From assembly GCA_026026165.1 (NCBI GenBank), contig JAPEUD010000065.1, positions 123,970-143,969 of the forward strand: a DNA stretch of 20,000 bases. Direction: 5' to 3'. Position 1 is the stretch's first letter, and the number at the start of each line of letters is the position of its first letter. The position numbers were made by a program, and so were the translations under genes. Shown one piece after another: positions 1 to 9,832 of this stretch. This DNA comes from Sarea resinae (lineage: Eukaryota). A model generated the notes under the pieces. The model was not told the origin of the DNA. It saw only the letters and a list, made by a program, of their open reading frames with translations, and did no database searches.

Positions 1-315
1 GAGAGGCTCCTCCTGTGTGCTGATTGGGTAAGCAACTTGCGGCGTTGCTGGCTCGCCTGTTGAGAGACAGACACACTCAAATCCTGTTACCTGGCATTAT
101 AAGCCAGCGACAAAGCCGTTGGAGTGTGAGCCGGCGAGCTCGAGATGGGTTCTCTATGGAGGTCAATATCGCGACTCATCCAGAAGCTGCACCAGGACCG
201 GGCTCGATGCTTACCACAAAACTAACTGGATAAACATGATCACTTCCCCTACTTGGTCATATTTCTATTGCAATTCACTCTCAATTTCTACCCTTGATTC
301 ATTCTGGGATGCCGT

Positions 316-898
316 TCATGGCCCCTTCCTTTTGCGAGCGGGTGGGGACCATGGCTCGGGTGGGGTACTGCCTCGACCCCTTTCCCCATGCTCTTTCCTA
401 AGATACTTCCCCAGATTCTGTCTGTCTCTACCTATCTTTGTTGGTAGATTATTATCTTGAGATTTGGCGCTAAGCACCCGCCTTCTTTTGTATCCTTTCT
501 TTCGTGCCTCTTCTCCGTCTTCCCGAGATACTATTTTCACTAAAGAGGCATGCAGGCTAGCAAGATACTTTCTAAGCCGCTCATCTACTTTCGCGTTTTC
601 TCTTGTGTTTACGAAACAGAACATTCGTAAGCACCTCAGTGGAGCCGCCCGAATGGGTTACAATTACGAGTCATCCCAAAGAGGGGGCCTCGTCAATGTC
701 AGTCTCTCCAGAGCCACCCCCCTTTTGGGACTACCAATGATCCAATACGTCAATAAGACGAATCCGGACGCGTCGAAGCGCATCATTTTAATCTCCACGC
801 GCTACTCGAAGGCTTTAGTAAACAGTAAACATTGACCACGGCGAAAGTAATTATATAAGCAGACCTACCTGGGAACCATACTCGATTATATACTTCAT
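316..898 (-). CDS. Candidate 3-exon orphan gene, about 149 aa, basic C-terminus (exons 898-869, 801-668, 601-316)
   Basis: CAAAATG start at 898. Intron 868-802 is GTAGGT...TACTAAAG...TAG (67 nt) and intron 667-602 is GTAATT...GCTTAC...AAG (66 nt). Splicing both gives one open frame, MKYIIEYGSQ|RVEIKMMRFD...PLWDDS|ENAKVDERLRKY...PPARKRKGP*. No family recognised. Confidence 0.5.
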
Positions 899-949
899 TT
901 TGGACGAGGATGCTAGAGTCTTTTACAAACAACACTCTACATCCCAAAG

Positions 950-2332
950 ATGGCTGAGGAGCCTCAAACACAGCATGGCCTTGGGCCGTGTTCGGCTCCT
1001 ATGGGCAGTGGGTTGAGGAGTCGCTCAGCCTTCCAAAGGCTGGTTCAGGGGCTTCTGACACAATTCCGCTTCGAGTGGCGTGGGGCTCTTCTCAACGACC
1101 CCTTCGGCCATCATGAACTGGACTTTCTCAGTCCACTGCGTCGCTCGGCCTCCCTAAATTCGATTCGAATGCATTACCGTTTCGATTCGCATTCATCTTT
1201 CCTCGGCCCATTCTCGAGCCATCTTGGATTGGGGACTCCTAATCCACTACGTCACTCTACCTCTCTAAACATGGTCAGAGAAATTGGAGCACAACACGGC
1301 CTCGAGTCGCGTTCGCTTTCGGTCGGCGCTTTTCCCACCCACCTTGGATTTGGTGACTTCACCCCACCGCGTCACTCTACCTCTTTAAGCACGATACAAG
1401 ATCCTCGAGCACAGCGCCACCTTGATTCGAGTTCTTTTTCGAGCAGCAGTTCCGGCAGTTCTTGCAGTCATTATGGACTGAGCGAATTTGGCCCAATGCG
1501 TCGCTCCACTTCTTTGAGCAGGGTTCAAGAGCTTCGCGCAGAACACCGTCTTGATCCTCGTTCATTCTCGACTAGCAGCTCTACCAGCCATCATGGGCTC
1601 ATCGATTCCATCCCGATGCGTCGCTCATCTTCCCTCAGCAGGGTTCAAGAGCTTCAGATGCAACATCGCCTGGAGTCGCGTTCAGTTTCCATCAGCAGTG
1701 TTGACGAACTCCAATCGGTCTTGTCCGATAACAACGAGCCGCTCTTCATCGATATCCCAAAGAGGGAAAATATCGAGATCATCTTTCCACCCAACTCTAC
1801 CCACATCACACCCACTCACGTCGCGTCCAAAGTGTCATTTGGCAAAGCGAACGGAAAACTGCACTCTTACGAAGCTCTTCGCAACAGCTCGCCCAGACGC
1901 ACCCGGTCGGCAACTCCAGTTGTCTACAGGTCGAACAGCGCTGCGAGTCTTTACCGCGAGCAGCAAAAAGTCCCTCTATTCGTGCCATCACAGATCCTGA
2001 TGTCACCTCACCACCATCATCACTCCTCGTACAGCGAGGATCCTTTTGACGGCTTTGACGGTCCCGCGTTTGAGCTAGAGCCCGAGCATCCTAAGCCGGC
2101 TCATTACGTACCACCCACGGACGAAACCACAGCAGGACGCTATGGGAGCGACTTTTCACCCACTGACGACCTCCCCAACGACCTCCCCGACGATCTCACC
2201 GACGAGCTTCCGGGAGACACGAAAGCAAAGGGGAAGGAATCGAAGCCGAAGAAATCAAAGGCGAGGAAAGTAAAGGCGGCCTGCCGCAAAGGCTGGGACA
2301 AGATCCGTCGGCTGGTGCGGAAGATGTTCTGA
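950..2332 (+). CDS. Hypothetical Ser-rich protein with five ~37-43 aa repeats (P-x-R-[RH]-S-x-S-L core) and a basic C-terminal helix; true start may lie downstream of 950
   Basis: Uninterrupted 460-codon ORF. In-frame repeat cores at 1133, 1244, 1364, 1493 and 1613 conserve amino acids while codons vary, which indicates coding selection. Confidence 0.75.
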   Translation: MAEEPQTQHGLGPCSAPMGSGLRSRSAFQRLVQGLLTQFRFEWRGALLNDPFGHHELDFLSPLRRSASLNSIRMHYRFDSHSSFLGPFSSHLGLGTPNPLRHSTSLNMVREIGAQHGLESRSLSVGAFPTHLGFGDFTPPRHSTSLSTIQDPRAQRHLDSSSFSSSSSGSSCSHYGLSEFGPMRRSTSLSRVQELRAEHRLDPRSFSTSSSTSHHGLIDSIPMRRSSSLSRVQELQMQHRLESRSVSISSVDELQSVLSDNNEPLFIDIPKRENIEIIFPPNSTHITPTHVASKVSFGKANGKLHSYEALRNSSPRRTRSATPVVYRSNSAASLYREQQKVPLFVPSQILMSPHHHHHSSYSEDPFDGFDGPAFELEPEHPKPAHYVPPTDETTAGRYGSDFSPTDDLPNDLPDDLTDELPGDTKAKGKESKPKKSKARKVKAACRKGWDKIRRLVRKMF

Positions 2333-2390
2333 GCTCTGGATTATTTTCTTTGGTGTTTTGTTTACTCGTTGTTTCCCGTCTCTTGTATCG

Positions 2391-2577
2391 CTTGGAGTGC
2401 CGGCGTGCACGGGAGTTTTGAAGTCGTTGGTCTGCGCGGGCCACTTGGAGTGCCGGCGTGCACGAGAGTTTGCAAAGTCTTTTTCTTGGTTTCTGGACCA
2501 CTCGGGGTGCCGGCGTGCACGGGAGTTTTGAAATCGTTTGTCTGCGCGGACCACTTGGGGTACCGGCGGGCGGGCAC
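2391..2577. repeat. Minisatellite, 53-57 bp unit, three full copies plus a partial one
   Basis: Units start at 2391, 2444, 2501 and 2554 with core CTTGGAGTGCCGGCGTGCACGGGAGTTT. Units 1 and 3 are nearly identical over their whole length. Confidence 0.9.
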
Positions 2578-2648
2578 CGAGAATCACCTTATCGTTTTCG
2601 TTGTTTCCAGAGTAGTATATCTCATAGGCCACAGCGCAGTTACAGGCC

Positions 2649-2675
2649 GTCTGTCTGTCTGTCTGTCTGTCTGTC
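2649..2675. repeat. (GTCT)n microsatellite
   Basis: About 6.5 tandem GTCT units read directly from the sequence. Confidence 0.95.
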
Positions 2676-3271
2676 GTCTGTCCTGCTACTTTACGCACAT
2701 CGCTCTTGGATTGAGCCCATCATAGATAAATATCCCGCAAGAGACCTATTTTAGCTCACCACTCCATCTCGTTCCGCTCTCGTTCTTACATATGCTATGG
2801 TGTTTGTACAGGGCAAACAGTGTGAGCGAATCGTGAGTTGAGAAGGCGGCGGGCGGTATTGTACTACTGAGCGGAGGGGGGAGGAGGGCTCGTGCAGCAG
2901 GGATTGTCATTATTGTTTCTGCCGGCGGGTTACCACTGTTTTTCTTTTCAAGGTTCACTCTAGTGGTGGAGTAGGGGATGTGCGCTGTTGAAAATCACGT
3001 TCTATTCGTTACTGCGAGGAGAGAAAAGAACGGAAGCTGATTGGTAGCGGCCATGAAGAGTAGGAATGAAGAGAAAACCCGCAGCGGCCGGATTGAGAAA
3101 GAATTTTCAGCCCGTTAATTAGCTATTATTATTAGATGGAACTATTCGAGTTCAGTTAAAAGTAACATATTATTTGCAGAGGCCAAAGAGATCGGACTTC
3201 GTAAACAAGAGCTCATAGAGGGCCCACCGAATAGCTGGATCAAATTGTTTGACTCCGTATACCGCACCAAC

Positions 3272-5257
3272 CTAGCAACCGCTCACGCTACCCCCGTCAA
3301 CCAGCTGAGCACTTCGCTCAGGCCAGTGCACTCCATGGAAACCAAACCCTACAACTCCTTTTCTGCCCGGCTTTGCTTTCAGGCTATCGCCGTCATCGCT
3401 ATCAGCGTCATCGATCTTGCCCCCGGCGCCGGGCAGTTCGGCTCTCCCCAGTTCAGTCATCGTCCTCGCGTCGAGACATAGGAGATAGCTAGTCCCCCGG
3501 TGGCCGTCGAGGACCACACTCAATAGCACTCCCTTGTCCTCGCCGTCCGCTTCCCTTTCTGCGACATCAGGGTCCGGTACGAAGATCGCTTCGCCTGGTG
3601 ATTGGCCGTGTTCAGACCAGAAGGTCGCCTGTTGGGTCGCGGCGTCGAGTTTGACGATGCCATCCACGAATGTGCTGAGGCCCCTATCAACGATCCCATA
3701 CGTGTATCTGTGCGGACGCAGATTGTAGTGCGAATTATATGTTGGCAGTTCGGGGGTTAGCGTCTTGGGAACTGCGAAATCCGTACTCCCTTTGCGTGTC
3801 GAAGTGCTGCAAGAGTGTTTGAAGTTTGTGGTGTCAGCCTTGGTACAGCCCTGAGAAGAAGCAATCTTTGAGCCGGATCGAGCGTCATTCGAAACGATGC
3901 CCGGGAGACGAAAGCGCGTGTAGGCCGGACGTGCGGAGTCGCCCTTGACGCCTTCATATTCCTCAGCGAAAGAGGGTGAGGTGGACTTAAGATTGTGGTA
4001 GTAGAAGCGTTTGAGCACGTCCAGGTTCTCATATGCCACTAGGTCAGCCACTATATCCGTCCTTGTCGGATCGTCGCTGGAAGTCTCCTCCCATGCATTG
4101 ACCGTGTGGAAGCAGAAGAACGGATCTGTTTCATAAACGGCTACGACGCCCTGCCCATGTCTATCGACAACGAACCATTTTGCTTGTTTAGTGGAATCAA
4201 ATGGTTGAATTCCGTCGAGTATATTTTGGGACCACAGCATGTGCAGGCCTTTAAAGGCATAGTGACTTCCCCAAACGCAAAGAATGACGTAGTTCTCAGT
4301 GAGCAGGAGTGAGTGGATGTATGCGCCTTCTGTGCCTGTGATGGTCGCCAATATGGTAGTCTCATTCTTGGAGGCATCAACGCTGAAGATCCGATAGGTT
4401 GGAGTTGGGGAAAAGTCAAAGTTGAAGCTGTAGAGTTGACCTGTCGTGTGATCGGTGCGGGCGTGGGCAGCGGACGTGGGGCCTTTAAGCGAGGGATGGA
4501 GGGCTGTCTGCTTCGCAAGGCCGATGGGCTCAAGGGTTTCCGGGTCTAATTGCTGGAAGATGTTGGCGTCGGTGCGGTTGTGAAGAGTGGAGATGCCGGA
4601 GGAGTGACGGGTCCCCCTTTCTTTCTCTTCCCTGCCGACTGGGTTCGAACCAGGGGCCAGGCCGGGGAAATTGACCGCCACAGTAACCCCAACATTACGA
4701 GCATCCGGCTTGCTATAGTCCGGCTTGGAAGGGCAAAATGCACTCATGATCTTCTTGAAGAAGCTTTCGCAGGGGTCTCGTTGTGCAAAAGTCATCCCGT
4801 TGAGTTTACCCGTACTCCGAATATTCTCGATCACCGAGTCGACCGTATAACGGGAATTATAGATGACCTTTGTCGAACCCGACTTGGCTGTGACGGGTTT
4901 GATTTGGAAACGGTGGACTTGAGTAAGCCCATCGAACCAATGCTGGATGCGAACAGTATTTCCTTTGACGGTGGGGATGTCGTAGGAACCAGGTCCGGTT
5001 CGATAAACGGTACCGGCGGCATAAGCAGGGAAGGTCCCAGTCACTCTCAACTCAATCTCCTTGGTTTCTTCCCGGATGGTGTCGAACTGGAGAGTCAGCT
5101 ATAAGATCTAGAGTCGAGTAGAGATCCATACGCCTTGATCATTGGGCCAATTATTGTAGGATCCCGTCTCAACATCGTCTGTGACCACGATACTCTTCAC
5201 ATAGTCGCTCTTGATACCGACCCTCTTCTGATCCATGGCCTCCGTCTCATTCGTCAT
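3272..5257 (-). CDS. carT: Carotenoid cleavage oxygenase (RPE65/CCO family), CarT/CAO-2 torulene dioxygenase-like, about 646 aa (exons 5257-5132, 5086-3272)
   Basis: A 45-nt intron at 5131-5087 (GTATGG...GCTGAC...CAG) joins WPNDQG|FD. Motifs YRTGPG, HWFDG, DPETLEP, ELPT and PGEAIFVP are present, plus four candidate Fe-binding His (SAAHA, YIHS, CFHTVN, GFHGVH). Resembles Fusarium CarT / Neurospora CAO-2 as I recall them; substrate is inferred. Confidence 0.9.
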
Positions 5258-6197
5258 AGTGGGTATGGGAGTATATGATCGAGCCAGTCAAATTGGTACT
5301 GTGGGCCTTGAGATAAAGCTTGAAGATATTGAAAGTCAAAAAGATTTGCCTTCTTTCTGATAGTGACTAGGAGTCCATAGAGTAGTTGGTCGATGAGTAC
5401 CTAGAATGCATTACCATTTCATGGAGACTCGCGTTCATTATATATTCGGCCTGTGGTCAGCCAAAATCCCATCTCGGGCGGGGGGGAGTAGATTGAAGAA
5501 GCAGGCGGGAAAGATGAAGCCCCGACTCATGAGTGAAGGGAGAGCAAGCATTCACAGTGTGGCTATGTTCTGACGACATTGTGCCAATGATGGGTGACAC
5601 CAAACACGTAGATACTAGGGAGTCGGTCAATGCTATGGATCGGGCGGTAGGCGTCCGCGATGGGCAATACTCGAGTAAACACTTCACAAACCCCTCACGG
5701 GCCCTCGCCTAAGAGTACTAATCAATCCGATTTAGACGAGCGCTTACGGAGTAAACTAGTAGTACGTGGTAGAGCTGAGAACCATAGGAGAAGTACCTCT
5801 ACGACAATCATGAAGTGTGAGTGTGCCTTGCACCAAGTACAGTGTACTCCGGAGTACTGATCGACTGCCAGGAGCAACGATCGTCCGCTTCGTCTCCGTT
5901 CGCCTTTCGTTGCTCGATGCCGTTAGCGGCCGTTCAGCAGCCCGGCTCAATTACTCTCCGTGAGCGAGGACTATCTTCCATCCCATCCAGTCTCAGCGAC
6001 GTCAAGTCTTCCATTTGCTCTCAAGCTCGATGACAGCTCGGACTCGGGCCATCCAATGCTAATCGCGCGTATCCGATGATGCGTATGCATCCGCAATCCC
6101 TGCCTATCTAGGTAATCGATGGTGATATCCATATCAGCCTAAGTGTTCCGGTAGAAAGGCTGGCAGGTACCTAACCTACCCCCTTTCGTTACCATCT

Positions 6198-7368
6198 TCA
6201 CAGTGTCGTCAGGCTGCTATCAGCCTGCCCTGAGGTGGACACCTCGTCCTGTCCAGATGCCGGAATGCCTATCGTAGATGCGCGGAATTTCTCTCGAATG
6301 TTCCTATACTCCCTCCAATCGTCCATCTCTTCACTGTTCGGGTGCACTATTGCTCGATGGATGCCCGGCTGGTCACTGTCACGAGCAAGATGGAAAGTCA
6401 GGCCTTGAGGGCCATCATCTTCCAGACTTTTGACGCCATAGCCCTTGATTGTATACCTAACTCGAAAGAACCGTGTTAGACTTTTCCCCAATCAAGAGCG
6501 ATGACGCCTCACAGTCCATCATAGCGTACACCCGCCGTCGGTGCCCACTGAGACTTCAATTTCCAAGATCGAAGTACGCGGATGGGAAGATGGCAGCCAA
6601 AATTCTTGAGCAGCTTGAATCTCCCGCGGTCCCTCATATCGGCATGATATGAAATTATGTCTGGTCTGAGAGGGCTCTCTTCCTCCTCTTCGTCGGTCAT
6701 AACGATAGCGTACGCTTGGCTATCATCGCATGTAATCCCCTCATCTTTGCTATCGATTGCCCCGTCACGGAATGCACAAGCCTTCTTGATCCACCAGCTT
6801 TGCTCATTGTCAGCTTCCTTGTCGCGTTAAGAGGAACATCTGCCAGCGGCCACTTACTGTCCGACCTGGAATCCATTATGACCGGTCACGTACGCCTTGC
6901 TGTCATCTCCGCCTTCAAATTGCCAGCTAGATTCCTCGTCCTTTGGTTTTCTGGTCAGTCCTGGTTTCCCTTGTCATCAGGCTCTCTCACTTGGTTGTCG
7001 TTCTCAGCCCATCCTCCGATCTTGCTGACACTGTGCATTCGACCACCAGGAGCCCATAATGGCGCACCCGAGTCCGAAATGTCTCCCAGCTTTTTCTGCC
7101 ACTCTCTCACTACCTCAAGTGCCAGGTCGACGAGGGACTGCGGCCACTTTGAGCCGGGGGCGCTCATCTCCATCAGAGCCTTCTCAAGGCGCGAAAATTT
7201 GAGTCTATCAGCATCGACATCAGTCGACTTCAGTCCCACAAACATATTTTCGAGATTTTGGAGTCGGTCCGGATTTAATTGCTCTTCGCCCTCACAATTG
7301 ACGAGAGATTTCAACATGTCTCGGACAGAACTTGCATGAGAACGCATCTCATCCCTACCTAGGGACAT
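6198..7368 (-). CDS. Stand-alone SRA/YDG-domain protein, about 334 aa (exons 7368-6991, 6940-6858, 6797-6513, 6456-6198)
   Basis: Introns 6990-6941, 6857-6798 and 6512-6457 splice in frame. They yield SRA hallmarks GHNGFQVGHWW, AFRDGA, GI, YAIV, PIRVLRS, WAPTAGVRYDGLY and FHLARDSDQP. Confidence 0.85.
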
Positions 7369-8029
7369 TGTTGCAAGCCTTGAGATTCTGCTGATTGTAA
7401 CTGTCTTACAGTGTCATATGGATGCAAGAAGTGCGTTTGTGTTTGGTTCTGCCGTCGTAGGCTGACGAGTGCTTCTGGCAGTTTGAGTTGTGCGATGTGC
7501 AAACCTTCCAAGCAAGGACTTGAAAAAGTTCAGGATGCAATGACGACCCAATCTGGATTGAATGTTTACACAGGAAACCACTTCTTGATTGGATTTTCAG
7601 TCACTCAGTGACTGCTCGCGTGGAGTAGTCGGGACTGACTGAACATCTCAAGGGTGACAGGAGCATCTTTCCGTGGGTGGAGGAAGTGAAGACATAAATT
7701 TTCTTAGTGCAGGCTGGAGTGACTCGATACTGGCCTCTACAACAGGGCGTCCATAGCTGACCTTAGTAGGCATACAACTCTAGTGGCAGACAATCTGACC
7801 GTGATTACCAGAGTCTCAGGGCGATTTTTTTGGTATCATGGCCGAAATAGGCATCTCCACGGATCTACGAATGCATTTGGTCGAGTCTCATGTGGAGAAA
7901 TCTCTGATTTTGTTGCCTTGCAATCCATATCAACGTCACCTCGAAGTAGAGCATTCGCTCCGACTAACTATTGATTTCCATCGCGAATATTTCGGTCCGC
8001 CTCTGCACGCCTAATCCTTCTCATTGCTC

Positions 8030-9832
8030 TCAAAAGCCGCTCGATTTGAAAGTGAACACATCAGGGGCCTCCGTGGACTCAAAATTCTTCCAAGTGTACT
8101 TCTCCGCTTTAGCCTTGGCCCGATTCTTGCTCAACTCCTCTTTCTCGATCGCTTCGTTCTCATGGTGGGCCCGAGTGTCGGTGGATTTGTAGCCTGGGGC
8201 GCTCTGCTTGCGCGCTTCCGCCTCCCAGGGGTTATCTTTCATGCCGTAACGGCTACCGTCAGGCATAAGCTCTCCGTAAAGAGGAAAGAGTGGTTTACGC
8301 CCGCTGACGAAGTGTCTAATACGAACCGTATCAGCTTTGGAAGACGTCCTCGAATGGATCCACTTACAGGTTGAGATAATGCTTGTCGCCACTACCAGCA
8401 AGGTGTTCTTTCCCGAGCTCTACAGAGCCTGGACGATCTTTCAACGGCATACCAAGCTTAAGGCATCCTCATTAGCAAAAAAAATCTATATAAGAGAGAG
8501 AAGGCTCCTACCAAGCTATTCTCTTCGTGAATCTCAGCCATCAACAGATCGAGCATAGCAGTACCGACTCCTTGCATAATATCGCCCTTCATCCACGGAC
8601 CGACGGGAATGCGAACGATCGTTTGCTTTACACTATAGAATGCCGCGGCCGACATCCAATGGTGCAGATCCGCAGCAAACTCACCATCATGATAGTGCGG
8701 TTGCAATTGCTCCAAACGAGTCCTGACGCGATCGACCCATGGGTGTGAGTGAGAAAGGATCGTTTCGTCCCGGGGCTTTGCCATCCAGGGAAACTTGGGG
8801 TCATATGTTGGGTTGCTCAGCTCGGACTCCGAGGGGTCGAGGGTGCGCGGGCGAGGGTCCAACTCCACCAATTCAAGGAAACCGCCTGGTTTGATAGCAC
8901 TGCTGAAGTTAGCCTGAGCTCTCCATTTTCCTTGTGAGGAGGAGTCACCGATAGATTTTCGCTAGGAAATTCTTGTAGTCGCGCGTCCCGACTATTACGT
9001 CTCTACCGCGTACGTAATCATAAGTCCTGACTGGAAGATTGCGTCCCATGAGAACATCCCAGCGATAGACTGAGAGATCGACGCCTTGCAAGGACTCATC
9101 TTCGCCACGAATTGGATCTTTCCCCTTGCCCAGCTGACTGCCCTCTTTCTCTTTGCCGGGAAAGCCCATGCCCTTCAACTGGGCTTCGAGGGGCTTCTCG
9201 GATGAAGCAGCTGACCAAAGATTCTTGGTGTCTACACCTTCAATGATCCATGCTGGGTGTTTTTCTTTCATGAGCTTGCACCAGGTGCCGTCATTGCAAC
9301 CGACTTCCAGAATCCTCAGGACGGTTTTGTCATCCTGGAGCCCTGTCTCACTGGCGCCAGTATCAGAGATTCGAGTGGTCAAATTACCTTCCGGCTTGAG
9401 GTCGTGAAGAGGAGCATAGTAGAGCTTGACTCCTGGAAGCTTCATGATAACATCATTGAGGCCTGTTTTGTTGATGTCATAGTTCTGTTGACGAAGAACG
9501 GTCAGAGCCTCCTCGAAGGTGCTGACAAAGGGCTCCATTTCATCTGAAATGTCCGACATCTCGCCTTCAGCAAAGAAAGGAGGATCAGGATCCAATTCAC
9601 GAAGACCTTCAGTATCAGGTGTTTTCACTTTGAAGAATTCGGTGGACTGAGACTCAGTTTCAGTCTCGGTAGATTCAAACGGAGTATGGAGGGCCTGGGT
9701 AGGCTTTTCGCCGAGCACTTGAGATTTGTGTCCTGTATCGGTGAGACCAGGTTTGAGGTCTGGATCGTCGGAGGTAGGAGAATGAATTGGAGAAGAGGCG
9801 ACGTTCGAGTCGGCCATGATGGAAGTATTCAT
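8030..9832 (-). CDS. Class I SAM-dependent methyltransferase, LaeA-like fungal family, about 548 aa (exons 9832-8949, 8899-8512, 8456-8368, 8315-8030)
   Basis: Motifs LYYAPL, RILEVGCNDGTW (motif I), IEGVD, YDYVRGR, IYR|AIKPGGFLELVE, RIPVGPW and YLNL|HFVSGRKP. Introns 8948-8900, 8511-8457 and 8367-8316 have GT donors, CTAAC/CTAAT/CTGAT branch sites and restore the frame. Confidence 0.85.

Noticed and set aside
2391..2577. CRISPR-like repeat/spacer appearance
   Set aside because: Linkers 1 and 3 are near-identical, the repeats are degenerate, there are no cas genes and the context is eukaryotic. It is a minisatellite.
3245..5104. Plus-strand ORFs overlapping the oxygenase (e.g. 4550-5104), and similar antisense ORFs over the SRA, PUS7 and coiled-coil genes
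   Set aside because: These are antisense shadows of real coding sequence with no recognisable motifs.
6198..9832. SRA and methyltransferase ORF fragments as pseudogenes
   Set aside because: Every stop or frame change falls within a plausible GT-AG intron, and splicing restores the conserved motifs.
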